Notes: generated by a model not told the origin, from the letters alone. A stretch of DNA of 64,000 bases from Vicugna vicugna (GCA_013265495.1 MU060486.1:930001-994000), one strand, 5' to 3'. Shown: positions 12,081 to 25,050, counted from the first letter of the stretch. Numbers and translations: made by a program.

Positions 12081-13779
12081 CATGTCAGTGACAGTTCAGT
12101 GGGAGGGGTCGGGGGGGATGGAGACGGGGGGCCTGGGAGCCAGCGGGGGCCGCCCCAGCCCACAGGCCCCCGCGAAGACCCCTGTGTGCATTTGTGTGTT
12201 GGATTTGCTGGCTGGTTTGTTTTAAAGAGTTAGGACTTGTCCCTCCCCCTTGGGGTTTGGTGCCCTCTCTTGGCCTCGTGTGTGGGCTGCTGTCAAACTG
12301 CTGTTCGACCCTCGGCCAGGTGGCCTCATGTCTGCGCTCCCTACGGGTCCTGCACACAGAGTCTGTTAATGCTTTATTCACAGCGACGTTGTTGGACCAG
12401 TTATCTGATGCCTGCAAAGCCGTGTGAGGTGACTGGCTCAGAGGCACCCCGACGGCTCGCTGCTCCTCAGAAGCCCTGACGGCTTCCGGCACGTGTCCCT
12501 TCTGTTTGGTGGGACTGCGGCAGCTGGTTATCCCAGCGCCTGGTCCCCGAGTCTGTTACTCCCCGACCACCGGACAGCTGGGAGGGGCGAGGGCAGCCCT
12601 CTGACACTCAGCCGAGTCCTTCCGACGGAGCTGCACCGGCAGGCGGGAGGAGGGACGCTGACCGCCCCCTGTGCGGGGGACGCGGCCCACGTGGGCCAGA
12701 GCCACCTCCCCTCCTGCCCACCCCCCGCTCCCCTGCCTCGTCTCAAGGTCGTCAGACCCCTTCCTCTTGCTCCCGGCTGTCACTTCCTTCAGTGCTTCTC
12801 AGAAACAATTAGTGGTGAGTTTTATTTCTGCACCTGTTTTCAGGGGAGAAAGGAATAGTTCACGTTCAGACCTCTCTCCTGATGTGGCGTTTTCCAGGCG
12901 ACGGGAAACAGAAGTGGCAGCTCACAGACAGGCAGCGCCTAGCAGACGTGGAAGACGCGCTTCGCTCGGGGTGAAGGGTGGGGCGTCGGTGCAGGTGACA
13001 GAGGCACCGGAGGCCTGAGGAGCTGGGCAGAGGGAGGAGGTCTGTTCCTCCGCTCACGGCCCGTCCTCTGCGCCCCTGGCAGTCTGCTGCTCACAGAGCT
13101 GCCAAGTGGTCCTCACCTCTTCCGGGAGGTCCTCTTGAGTCGTGTCATTCAATGTCCCTCCCCAGCCCTGTATTGTTACAGCAGATGGTTCGCAAAGAAC
13201 ACGGCTGGGCTCGGGCCTCAGCCCTCTGATGCGCTCTGTCTGCAGGACCCCGAGCAGCTGAACTCGGAGCTTTGCTTCACTCCCTTGAAAAACAAAGACG
13301 GGGACACGAAACCGAGAAAGGTGGCAGAGGAATTCTGACACAAGTAACTTAAAGGGTCCATGACATGCTGCAGGTACCGGGGTCCTCCCCCGCTGACGTG
13401 CTGGATTTACTGGCTGTTTAATGTGCTGTTTATATTTAGTTACGATCCGTCGATGACAGTCACATAGCTGTGCACGGTTTTACAAAGACGTATTATTGCA
13501 CGTACTTTTTCTGTTGATTTGCAAACGAGTCTCGTGAATTAGGACAGGAAGGTGGTGTTGCCATTCTTGATTCCAAAGTTGAGGACTCTGAAGTTTGCGC
13601 TGGTTTCCAGGCGCCCTCACGCGTCTGCCGTGCGTGCTTCGGTTTATGGTTCCACCAGGACCGAGAGAAGGGCCCCCGTCCAGGACCCCATGAGCCCGTA
13701 CTGGGTGCAGGGCCAGACGGAAGGTCTCAGGCCAGCCTCACTGAAAAGACAGGGAAAACCTTCTGAACACTTCCCAGCT

Positions 13780-13955
13780 TGGACGGTTACCTACTGTGTG
13801 ACCTTGAACAAATTGCTGACCCTCTGTGCTTCCGTTCCCACTTCTGGAACCTGGAGAAGGTGATGATGCTGTCAGTCACGCAAGCCCATAAATGTGGGGT
13901 GAGAATTAAATGTGCTTACACTTGGAGAGCATTCAGGGCCAGGCCCAGCGTGCAA
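13780..13955 (+). mobile_element. MIR
   Basis: ttacctactgtgtgaccttgaacaaattgctgaccctctgtgcttcc...gtgagaattaaatg. Confidence 0.8.
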
Positions 13956-16330
13956 AAATGCTTGCTGAAGAAACAAACCCTCACGGGGCACTTCCTCCCG
14001 CCGCCTCTGGGACGGGCGTCGTCCCCGTCCTGGGCCTCAGGGTCCCCGACTGTGGGATGAGAGCCTCGGGGAGACTGAAGGCGTCCCAGCTGTGATTTTA
14101 TCTACTCTGAAATTTGAAATCTAAGGTGAGGCTGTCTCAGCGCCAGGAAGACAGATTCTGTACTTCTGTGTTAATTTAATTTTTACATTACTTCTGCCCA
14201 GGCCTTGAGGTTTCAAATGGATTATCCAGATTTCCAGCGCAAAGCCTGCCAACGCCTTCTGTTTCCCCTGCAGTTTTTCCCGGAAACGCAGAGCAGATGC
14301 TTAGGAAGTGTTCTCCGCAGCCCCTGCAGGCCTCAGTCAGGGCCCCGGGGCCCCGGGGCCCCGGCATCCGGCCCCTCTGGCCGTCGGGTGTCCTGGTGGC
14401 TGGGTCACCAGAACTGGGTGGGTGGAGGGTGAGAGACGGCTGTGCCACAGAAGGGCTTTGCAGAAGGGACCTGTCCGCTGTCCCCAGGACGGTGCCGGGA
14501 AGCCCTCCCGTCTGAGCGAAATGGAAGCACAGAGCCTGGGGTTCCCGCTCCCTGGGCACCTGTGTCGCCTCGGGAGGATGTGGGCAGAAGCCGAGGCTTT
14601 GTGACGGGGTGGGCTGTCCCCTCCAGGCAGCAGGTGTGTCCCTCACTGCTGGGATGAACGGGCAGGTGTGTCTGCACCACACGAGCCCGCAGGCGCGCCC
14701 TGACACACAGGGGCCTGCGGCTCCCCACGCGTGCAGACGTGTGCTTGTGTGCGAGGCTCGCCCACCTCCAGACCCGCCTCTCCTCCTCAGCAGACATGTT
14801 TGTTCTTCCCTCCGAGCCCCACTCCCAGGCACCGAAGGACGGTCGCTCCGTACGGACTGTGACTGTGTGGCCTTCCCAAGCTGGGCGGCATTCCGCTGGC
14901 AGGGCCTGGGGCCAGCAGGTTGTGCCAATGACCAGCCTGTGTGAGCTCAGGCCTGGGGACCCCGGGGAGGGGCCCGGGGAGACATCGCTGTTGGTGGCTG
15001 TCACACGGGCAGGAGCACACAGGACTGGGGGCCACACTGAAGCGCCTGAAATTCTCAGCAGCTGAGCACGTGGAGGCCTTCGCTCAGCCCCAGGTGCCAT
15101 CCCACCGCAAATCCAAAGGCCATCAATGGGATTAATAGTCCTGGCCTTGTGATTTCCAGAAGTTGCCCCAAAGGTGTTCAGGTAGATTGGTGTCCATGAG
15201 GAAAGAAAAGGGAGGTCGGAGGAAGGACGGGGAGGAAGAGGAAAGGCTGGAACACCTGGCGTGGATCAGGTGCCCAGTTCACGGTTGTCTGGTGGCCGAA
15301 TGCATGGTTGACGCAAGTCGCAAGGTGGTTACGGATGCAGGAGTGGGGCCGATGCCGACTCCCCTGGTCACACAACAGAAGATGCACGCTGAGAATCAGA
15401 CGCCTGAGCTCCCACCTGCCCGCTGCCGTCAGACGGGTGTGCCCCCTGGAAGAACCACCACCTGCACTGGCCTCGTTTCTCACCCATCACGTTAGGGAGT
15501 CAAACGGGAAACTCCTGCATCCCGCTAACTAAAGGGGTGTTGGCGTATTCATCTACTCGGCAAACGACTGTCACGTGTGCACAGCTTCTAGGCCTGAGAT
15601 AGGAAGGGAGAAGACGCTCAGGGCTTGAGGAAGCTACAGCCACGTGGACGGGGAGGTGCGGCTGCGGGTGCGAGGGCTCCGGTAGCCCTGGGGCACGGAG
15701 GACGGGCTTCCGCGAGCGGGAGCCACACACCTGCGCGGGGTGCAGGTGCAGAACCTTTGACCACGGTGCCTGCCGTTTGTGGCATCACGGCAGAGTGGGA
15801 GCCACCCCGTGGGGAGACCATTTCCCAGAGTTTTGCCCTCCAGGAACCCTCAGCCCTCCCGAAACACTTGAACCCCATTCAGGACTGGTCACTTCTTTCA
15901 CGTCTTTGAAACTGAAGATCATCGAGACAGAAATACAGCCTCAAGAGGGAGAAATGGGACTTACTGGCTTCTGAGCGCTGTGTTCATGCCTGGTTTTATC
16001 CACTTCCGTTACCAGGATGACCTCAGCAGTCAAGCCTGATACGGAGCTGGTGCCTGTGGTTATGTGGGGGCTGCATGCCGAACGTCCAGGAATTCTGCCG
16101 GCGGGGTTAAAGCACCGGCAACGTCAGACTGGCCCTGGTGGGAGTAGTCACCTCGCAGAAACCAGCAAACAGTGCATTTAAGAGACTTCCTTCTTTCTTC
16201 TTCCTCTTTTTTTTTCAGAGAGCTAGTTTACCAGCCTATTACCGGGGGCAGGTGCTAGTTAATAGAATTTACCCAGAGGAATTTATAACAAATGCATAGA
16301 GAAGAATTGAAGCATGCATGATAATAATAC

Positions 16331-17807
16331 GAGAACCCTAGAGCCAGAGGTAAACGGTGCATATACAGTCAACTCACATTTGACAAGAATTCTCAGTGGA
16401 GAAGAGACAGTCTTCAATAAGTGGTGCTGAGAAAACGGGGTAAACACACATAAGGGAATGAACTCAGACCCCTGTCTCACACGACCCGTGCAGATTAACT
16501 CAAAATGGATTAAAGGCTGAAGTCTGAGACCTGACGCCGTGAGACCCCTTGAAGGACTTGTGGGAACAGAGCTCTCTGGCGTAGGTCTTGGCAAGGATTT
16601 TTTTGGATACGACACCTAAACCACAAACAAAAGCAAAAACAAACAAGTGGGACCACATCACAGTGGGAGGCTCTGCACAGCAGAAAAAACGACCCGCAGA
16701 GTGAAGGCAGCCTGCAGAATGGGCAGACTGTTCACGAATCATGTCCCTGATAAGGGCTTAATATTCAAAATGTGCAAAGAACTGACACAACCCAATAGCG
16801 AAAAGCCCCAAAATAGTCCAACTGAGAAGTGGGCAAAGGATCTGGACTGAGATTTTTTTCCGAAGAAGATGTGTGCATGGCCCGCAGGCTGATGAGAAGG
16901 TGATCAGCATCACGGAATCTTCGGGGAAATGCATCTCAAACCACAGTGAGGCACCGCCTCGCACCTGTCAGAATGGCCAGCATCAGGAGGACGTGAGAGA
17001 ACACGTGTCGGCGAGGATGCGGAGAAGGGGAACCTGTGCGCTCTCAGTGGGAATGTAAATGGGTGCAGCCACTACGGAAAACAGTGTGGAGACTCCTCAA
17101 AAAATTAAAAATAGAACCACCATGTGATCCAACAGTTCCGCTTCTGGGAATGTGTTCAAAGGAAACAAAAGCTGTATGTTGAAGAGATGCCTGCACCCCC
17201 CGTTCACTGCAGCATCATTTACAATAGTCCACATGTGGAAACAAGCTGAGCACTGGCAAGCAGGGAGGTGAAGAAGTCGTGATAAACAATTCTACATACA
17301 CGTTAATTTACTTATATGGTGCGTGTGTGTGTGTGTAGATAATTCAGCCACAGAAAAGGGAATCCTGCCATTTGCAACAACATGGATGGACTTTGAAGTT
17401 ACTACGCTAAGTGAACTAGTCAGACAGGGAAACACAAATGCTGTATGCTCTTACTTACATGTAGAAGCTAAAAAAGAAGCCCCACAAACTCACAGAGAAA
17501 GAGATCAGACTTGTGGTTACCAGAGGCGGGGAGCAGGGGGAAGAGGAGTTGGATGGAAACAGCCGAAGGGACAGACTTCCAGTTGTGAGATAAGGCAGCA
17601 CCGGAGACGTGCTGCTGACGCGGTGACTGCGTGGTGCACTTGAACACTGTGGATTCCAAGGGCTGTCACCATCATCTCATGAGATGACGGGTGTTGACGA
17701 AACTTGTGGTCATCACGTCACAACAGATTTGAGTCAAGTCATTATGCTGTGCGCTCTAAGCTCACACAGCGCTGTGTGCTAACTTTATCTCCATAAAGTG
17801 GGGAAAA
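16331..17807 (+). mobile_element. Old L1 (L1MA9-like), ORF2 3' part plus 3' UTR
   Basis: Long degraded match to L1 ORF2 (aactcaaaatggattaaag, gtgggcaaaggatctg, cacctgtcagaatggc); translated ILPFATTWMDFEVTTLSE; 3' end cattatgctgtgcgctctaagctcacacagcgctgtgtg. Confidence 0.95.
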
Positions 17808-17839
17808 TACGTGAAAAAACACAGAATTCCAGTTATTCC

Positions 17840-18040
17840 CAAACTGTACATTTTTGCCATGTTTGTGTATAACCTGTATCAACACACAGATTTTCTAATT
17901 AAAGGCTGTTCACCTTTTACTCAAACTTACTTTTAAACAAATGCATATTATGGCTGTACATGGACAGAAGTATCTTTTGCTCTAATATATTGTGATTAAT
18001 GAATAACATTGAAATAATCTCATCTGTGTACCTCCTAAAA
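17840..18040 (-). mobile_element. Possible L1ME fragment
   Basis: AT-rich, with weak resemblance to the reverse L1ME 3' region. Confidence 0.35.
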
Positions 18041-18126
18041 TCATCCCACATTCAGCTGGAAGTGTGTGCGATGGACAGTGAAGGTTATAAAATGAGTCCT
18101 GTTGATTTTATAGTGTGTTTTCTGTC

Positions 18127-18582
18127 TTTTTTTTAATTGAAGTCTAGTCAGTTTACAATGTCACATCAATTTCTGGTGCACAGCATGTTTCAGTCACACA
18201 TGTGCACACATACATTCGTTTTCATTATAGGTTACTACAAGATAGTCAATGTAGCTCTCTGTGCTCTACAGAAGAAACTTATTGTTTATCTATTTTGTAT
18301 ATAGTAGTCAGTATCTGCAAATCTCAAACTCCCGTTTTATCCCTTCCCACCCCCTTCCCCCTGGTAATCATAAGTTTGTTTTCTATGTCTGTGAGTCCGT
18401 TTCTGTTTTGTAAATAAGTTTATTTGTGTCTTTTTTTTTTAGATTCCACATATAAGCAATATTATATGGTATTTTTCTTTCTCTTTCTGGCTGACTGCAC
18501 TTAGAATGACGATCTCCATGTCTGTCCATGTTGCTGCAAATGGCATTATTTTATTCCTTTTTATGGCTGAGTAGTATTCCAA
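18127..18582 (-). mobile_element. Younger lineage-specific L1 3' end
   Basis: ttttaattgaagtctagtcagtttacaatgtc...catgttgctgcaaatggcattatt...ggctgagtagtattcc. TSD tgtctttt at 18123-18130 and 18583-18590. Confidence 0.95.
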
Positions 18583-18679
18583 TGTCTTTTCTTTAAGGAG
18601 TAATAACTGTAAATGTTACGGTGACTTTACTCGAAGGAGGCACCAGGAAATCCAGACACTGTGTGCATATAATTACACG

Positions 18680-18840
18680 TACAAGTGCATTGGGACATAC
18701 ACTAACTCCTAATCGTTGTGCAAATATCCTGTGAGGAAGGGACGCACGTCCCACCGCTGCACAGAAGGAGGCTGAGGCACAGAGAGTGTAGTAAGTTCCC
18801 AGGATCAGTGGCCAAGCCGGGGGGAGCCCAGGCGGCTGCG
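18680..18840 (-). mobile_element. MIR
   Basis: atcctgtgaggaaggg...cacagaaggaggctgaggcacagagag...gttcccagg. Confidence 0.75.
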
Positions 18841-19714
18841 TTCTTCACGGCTGCGCGTCACAACCCTCACCAGCCTCCCTGCTGAAACCAGAAGTCCGCA
18901 CAGCCCTGGGCTGGCCGCAGCGGCCCTGCCCTCGGAAGACCGGGGAGCTGCCCCGCAGGGCTGGAAGCCGTGTGCTTAGGAGTATACCTCTGTGGTTAGG
19001 TTACTCCAGCTTTGGTAGCAGAAAATGCGGGCCGCCCACTGGTGGGTGAATGGCAGCGTCAGCTGGGCCGTGTCACGCTAGGAGTTTGTGGAGTCTTCTG
19101 AAAGGATCGTTCAAACCAGGCCAGAGAATTTGGAGGGGTTTCCGGTGGGTTTCCTTGAGTAAGACAAGGAAGACGTGGACAAAGTACGGACATCCATCCT
19201 AGTTTTATAAAATACGCCTTGAATGATCGGCATTAGCTTATATTTAAATCTTCATTATATCCCGCCCCCCCCCACCGTGCATTTTAAAAGGCCCGACGTG
19301 CCTTTGAATCCAGCTGGACTTGTAATTCGGCTTCGCTGCCTGTTGGTGTGTCTGCGCGCCGGCTCCTTCCCTGTTTCGAACTTGGTGCTGCGTTTAAGGG
19401 GCTTGTCAGACGCGTGGTTAACTTGATGATTCTCGTGAGGGTCCTCTGGGGCCCCATGAAGCAGTGGACGGCTTATAGGCCTCTGCTTACGGTCACTCCA
19501 GACACACCTGCCTCCCGCCAGCTGTCCCCAGATGCCCGAGCCTGGACCTGTCGGCTCTCCTTTGACTCCCCTCCCTCCCCCCACGACGTGACTTGGGGGC
19601 CGGTGAGTCTGCGGAGCGCCTGTCCTCCCCCCCGTCAGGGTCGCTCGTTCGCACCCTCCCTCCTCAGCCCGGCTGTGGGGACAGCACCGGCTCCCGGACG
19701 CCTCTCCATCCCGG

Positions 19715-19728
19715 GCGCCCTCTGCTGC
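19715..19728 (-). promoter_or_regulatory. CTCF-like motif
   Basis: Minus strand GCAGCAGAGGGCGC, 13/14 match to CCASYAGRKGGCRS. Confidence 0.5.
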
Positions 19729-20897
19729 CACAGCGGCCTTCCTAGAAAACACACCTTTCCTTTCCCCGTTGAAGAGCCTCAGACGCCTGGGAGATGACAC
19801 CATCTGGGCGCGGCCCCCAGATGACTCTGTTCTCTGACCCCGACCCACCACCGCAGGCTCCTCACCGACTCCTCCCTACCCGGGATGCTGAGCGGAGTCC
19901 AGGTGTGAAGTGACCAGGCGCACGCCCCGCTCCCCGCCGTCGCGGTCTTGGTGGGGCTGCACTCAGATGTCCCTCCTCCTCCTCGTCACCTCCTGTCAGA
20001 GCTTTCCTAGTGACACTTAATTCCCCCTTTCCTGATGCTCTGTGGTCGTTTTTAACGCCCTGACTCCAGCATCTGCTTTAGTGTCTCAGTGAACTGGGGT
20101 CTTGCTGTCCCTGGATGGAGCGCGGCTTCGAAGGCAGAGCCAACACCTGGGGCAGCGTCCTGGCTTCGGCCCGCGGCACCTGGGACACGGCGTTCCTCGG
20201 CACTGGTTTGTGGGAGGGAGGTGGGGAGAGAGGGAGGGAACTGGTGGCCCTAAACACGCCCGCCCTGGGCTGAACGCACCGCCTGAGCCCCTGGGCTCGT
20301 TGCCTTCCTGCTGTGTTTTACTTGTCTGCTTACTTTGTTACTTGCTTGTGGTGAGGATTTAAAAAGTGACTGGCACTGTCGTACGGATGGCGGGCGTCCC
20401 AGGGGATGACGTGTCATTGCTGTCGCGCTTCATTGTATCATTAGCTCTAACGCATGCCAAGTGCAAGGGGAAGGGAGGACTGTCGCGGAGAATCCAGGGT
20501 TAACTGGTCTGTGTTCCTTCTGCTCGACGACGACGGATCTGTCCTGTCGCACCTGCTCCCCTCCCCGGGGTCGGAGAGGGTTAGGGGAAGGGGAAGAGCC
20601 GAGCCACTGGCATACGGGGGGGCGGAGGGGGCTGCGCTGCAGGTTTTATGGAGCGAAGCCCGAGGGCTAATGTTAGTGAGATTCCTGGGAGGTTTCCAGG
20701 ACTGAGAGCACTCAGGGGGAGGCCGGGGCCCGTCTGAACTGAGAGAGTGAATCAGAAATGGGACCTCCAGTGAGGAGGGCAGCGCTCAGGGGCAGAGCGC
20801 GCTCAGCGTGCACGAGTCCTGCATTCAGTTACCCTGTATCTCCATTAAAAACGTAAGCAAATAGACCTTTCTCCTGCCCCACCCCAAATTAAAAAAG

Positions 20898-20912
20898 AAT
20901 AATAATAATAAT
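20898..20912. repeat. (AAT)5
   Basis: Read directly. Confidence 0.9.
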
Positions 20913-23211
20913 ACTCATAACAAAAGAAGTGGGCCCTCCAGAGGCCCGCCCGCCTCCAGCTCAGCACCCCGGCCCCCGATCGGGTGGCTCTGGTTCCTGA
21001 CGGGCGACAGCATGATTCACAAGAATGCCGAGCGACAGCAAATGTGAAAATCAACCGAATACACGCGTTACCAGGAGAGGGAGCTGGGATTCACAGCCTC
21101 CCCGGAGCCCCACCGACCCCATAATCAGGTGATGGCCAACGGCACGGACGTTCACGTTAAACACTCTGAGACGTTATGGGGACTGAGCTGCGCCTCCTGT
21201 CTGTGTCCCCGGTCTGTTTGTCTCTCATTCAGTAGAGGCTGGATTGATTGGTGTGCATGTGTGCCCGCACTCAGGAAATCTCCACCAGGCGTTAATTCTC
21301 AGGTCTTCATAGACTGACCTTGCTGGTACCCGGTATAGTCTGCTTAAAAAAATGAAATCCGTTCTGCTGCTCAGATTCTAATGGGTGGCTTTCCTGGTTT
21401 CCCTGAAGAGCTCTCCCTGCTGCGGCTGCAGATTTCCTGAGGGCTCGCTCTGTGGCTTCTGGTGGGAAGCTCGCCAGCATGACAGCCGGGAGGTCAGCCG
21501 GGGTTCTCCGGGTCTCTCTCGGACGGAGGGAGGGACTCGCATCCACCTGGGCGCCCTGCGCGGGTGCTCTGAGGTGGCCTAGGCTCTCAGCAGCGCAGCC
21601 TTGCACGCCGCCCTGGGCAACCGGGAGGCGGGTTTCTCTTCTCCGAAGGCAGAGACGCATCAGCCCCCTTGTCAGGACCAGAGTCACAGCAGCACCGGCG
21701 CCCTGTGCTGTTAGATTCCTCGAGACAGGACGTCAGCAAGCTCTTCTCAGACACAGACTCTCCTGAGAAGGTGTGAGTCCAGCAGTCACATTACTTTCTT
21801 TATGCAAACCTGAGAAAACTCTGCCGGGGTTTCCAAAAACGTAAAGCCAGGTCGGGTTCTTGTGGGCTCTTGGAGCGGGGAGCCTGGGGGAGACCCCCCA
21901 GTGGGGGCAGGGGCTAGAACAGTCACGGGGTGGCGGGTGGACCGTCATGGAGAGACGCCCTGGCAGGAGTCTGGCTTGCCGCCCCCTCGGCGTCCGAGGG
22001 TGAGGGTCCGGCCCCTCCCAGACGGGCTCGCTGCAGGAAGGGGCAGGGCAGGCGGAGCTTCAGCGGCAAAGGCAGGGCTTCGAGGTGGCCCGTGCGGTGC
22101 CCACGTTTCTGTGCTTTTGTTGAAGCCATTTCTACTTATTTAATGTTTGAATCTAATCATTTCCTTGATTTAGCAAATCAAAGATTTTCTTCCCTCAAGG
22201 GCAAACTACTTTCATCTTATTTTCTTCATAATTAAGTAATTTCTTAATTAGCAATGTTCGGCTTACTCAATCTGAAATGACACATTTTATTCCTTTTTAT
22301 GAAAGCTTGCGCGCGCGCACCCAGCCCCCGCCCCCACCGTGGGGGGTGCCTGTCACTCCCGGTTCCTTGTGTCCCGGGCGCTCTGCTCCCCCCTCACTTG
22401 GTGCGAGGGATGAGGCTTCTCGGCCATCCTTCCTGAGCAGTGGGGCCCCGGCTGCGTCATCACACTGCCTGGCTTCCTGGTGGCTTTCATTAGCATAAAG
22501 GAACTTCCCCTCGGAGGGGACGCCACACTGTGGCTCTGCGCCTGGTGGGCTCCGACGTTCCGGCCTCACGCCGGAGGGGCGCCCTAGCAGCCGGGGCTGT
22601 GACCTTCCTCCAGGCCTCCAGGCACCTGGCCCCTGAGGTTGGGCTGGGGCCAGGCAGCAGGGACACTGGCCCCTCCGTGCCCCTTTCTGTCTGCACAGGC
22701 TGGCACGATCTAGTGACTAAGCATGGCATCACGTGCCATTTCCTTCTTGTCGACCTGCTGCAGCCGGCAGAACACGGTCGGGGGCCCAGTGAGGGCGGGG
22801 CTGCATGGGACGAAACGCTGCATGCCAGCCCCGGGGCCGTTCCTGCCTCAGGCTGCGGCGTCCACCACCACCAGGACAGACCTTCTCCACCGAACGGCTC
22901 AGCACGTCGGCACCTGCTGGGTGCGGTGCCTGCTCAGCTCTGCGGAAACCCTGCAGAGAGGGCCAGGGAAGGTGCTGAATGGTGGCCGTCTCCAGGGTCG
23001 TCTTCCAGGGCACCCCTCCTCCGTTGTAGGAGAGTCCAGCCCCGAGGCAGCCTGGCCCCGGCCTGGGCCGGGAGCCCTCCCCACCGACCAAGGCCCCCCT
23101 CTCTCTCCCCCCAGCTTCTCTGGGCCCGATGGCCAGAAAGATAATGATCCAGCGCCCGAGTGAGGCACAATTAACGTTAGGGGAATGGAACAGCCCTGCC
23201 TGCCTGTGAGT

Positions 23212-23332
23212 GGGACTTTGAAATCCCCAGATGAAAGGCCCACAGCGGTGCAGTGGCCGTTACTAGCATTTATGTAGCGCATTTCATCTTCAAAGCACTT
23301 GGCAAATATTAACTAATGAACACAGAACACCC
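23212..23332. mobile_element. Two ancient L2-clade tails (AmnL2/MIR1_Amn-like), tail to tail
   Basis: + strand gactttgaaatccccagatgaaaggc, then gcatttatgtagcgcatttcatcttcaaagcacttggcaaatattaactaat, which is the reverse of the same tail type. Confidence 0.55.
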
Positions 23333-23507
23333 TCCTTCCCCCTCCAGGACTGGGCAGTGCAGCCTCTGATGAATCTCCGCTTAAACGGAACACGGCTTCT
23401 TTGCGTGGAGCAGAGGAGACCCCTCCGCAGCAGGGTCTTCAGGCCCTCGGGAAGGGCTACTCAGACGGCCAGGCCGTGGAGCCGCCAGCCTGTGCTTCCA
23501 GCCAGAC

Positions 23508-23739
23508 CAGTGCTGTCCACTGGAAGCGCAGTGTGAGCCACATTTCAAAGTGAATCAGTGAAATTAGCTTTAAAATGCTATAATTTCAGCCAGTAACATA
23601 AATTTACTGAGATCCTTTCTTTTGGTACAAAGTCTTCAAAGTTAGCATCTGTTTGACAGGGAGATCGCATCTCAGCCGCAGCCTCGTTTCTCAGGCTGTT
23701 GCCGCACGTGGGTGACGGCCACTGTGCAGAGCAGCCCTG
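23508..23739 (+). mobile_element. MER33 (hAT-Charlie MITE)
   Basis: Starts cagtgctgtcc; internal gtgaaattagctttaa...ggtacaaagtcttcaaa...gcatctca; degenerate 3' TIR. Confidence 0.85.
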
Positions 23740-24959
23740 GCGGAGACTGACTTTGAGGAGGAAAGTCCAGGTCTCTGTAGCTCACAGAGCAGAGTGGGGC
23801 AGTGGTCAAGTCTAAATTCACGCTCTGATGCAGACTCGCCACCCGGCTGTCAGTTCCCTAAGTAGATGCACCAAAAGTGGCCGTGGCCGGGAGATCGGTC
23901 ACCAGGGCAAGGAGTCCTTCTGGTCCCCGGGGTGTCTTTATTTGTGTGGAGCCACAAGAGTGACCTTGCAGGGGGCTGAAGCGGGGTTCGGTTTCCTAGC
24001 AGCCTCGGGTCCCCGGCTCCTGGGAGCAGGTGCGTGGTGTGTTCTGGTGCTGCCCGGCCGGGAAGCCAGTGCCGACACAGGCCTGCCTTGTTCCGTGGTG
24101 GGTCTGAGTGAACACGCTCGATGCCTTCCGAGCTGCTCTCCCTCCCCCCTCATTCCTCCTTCCCCTTCTGCCTTTTATTCCCCTGTCTCCCTTCTCACTT
24201 CCCTCCCCCACGTGAACGTCTGCTGCTCGGGTTACATAAATCATCACCTGCCTCAATTTTCGGGAGAGCAACTGGGCCGAGTCCGTCTCCTACAAGGGTT
24301 CCCGCCTCCAGGAATTTCCTGTGGGGTACTCTGATTCAGAGGAAAACACAAAGGCACAAAATGCGACTGACTGTGCAGAACCGTTATCTGGCGGGAGAGC
24401 AGCGGCGCTGGGTGAGGAAAGGATTCTCGGCGACCCCTGCGGCGGCCGGCCAGCGCCGCGCAGCCCCCAAAGCGTGAAATGCGATCGGCTTATCTTGGCT
24501 CACAGCTCCCGAGCGCTGCTGTCCATCCGTCATTCAGCTCCCGGGGACCTGATGGGCCGCACATGGCAGTCAGCACGGCCTCAGGGTGGGGCGCCACCAT
24601 CCTTGATCAGTCCCACCATCGAAGGGGCTCGGCCAGGCGACTGGGGCTTTGATTGCTCCCATCAGATGACATGCGCCCCCCGCTCAGCCTCCCCGGGCTC
24701 CCTCCTGGCTCCCTCCTTGGCTCAGAGAGCTAAGAATGGCGTGGAGAAATTCCAAGGTGATTAAGGAGTTTAGAGAATAAAACCGCCACGGAAAGGCCAA
24801 AGAACTGGCACCGTTCAGGAGATGGACTGGGGCGATTTAATGACTGTCTTCATTGCACAGAAGGCGGAGGAGGAGGGGCTGGTCAGCTCCCTGCCCACCC
24901 TGGCGGAGCGCGGCAGACACCGCCGGGCTGGCCCTTCCTGAGACCAGCTGTGCCCCGTC

Positions 24960-25050
24960 CCTTAGGTGACCTGTGTGGCCTCGGGTGCCTCCCTTAGCTT
25001 TCTGGGCTTCACACCAGGAGGGCGCTTCCGTTCCTGCATTTTTTATGATT
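24960..25050 (+). mobile_element. MIR fragment
   Basis: ggtgacctgtgtggcctcgggtgcctcccc, weak match. Confidence 0.35.
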
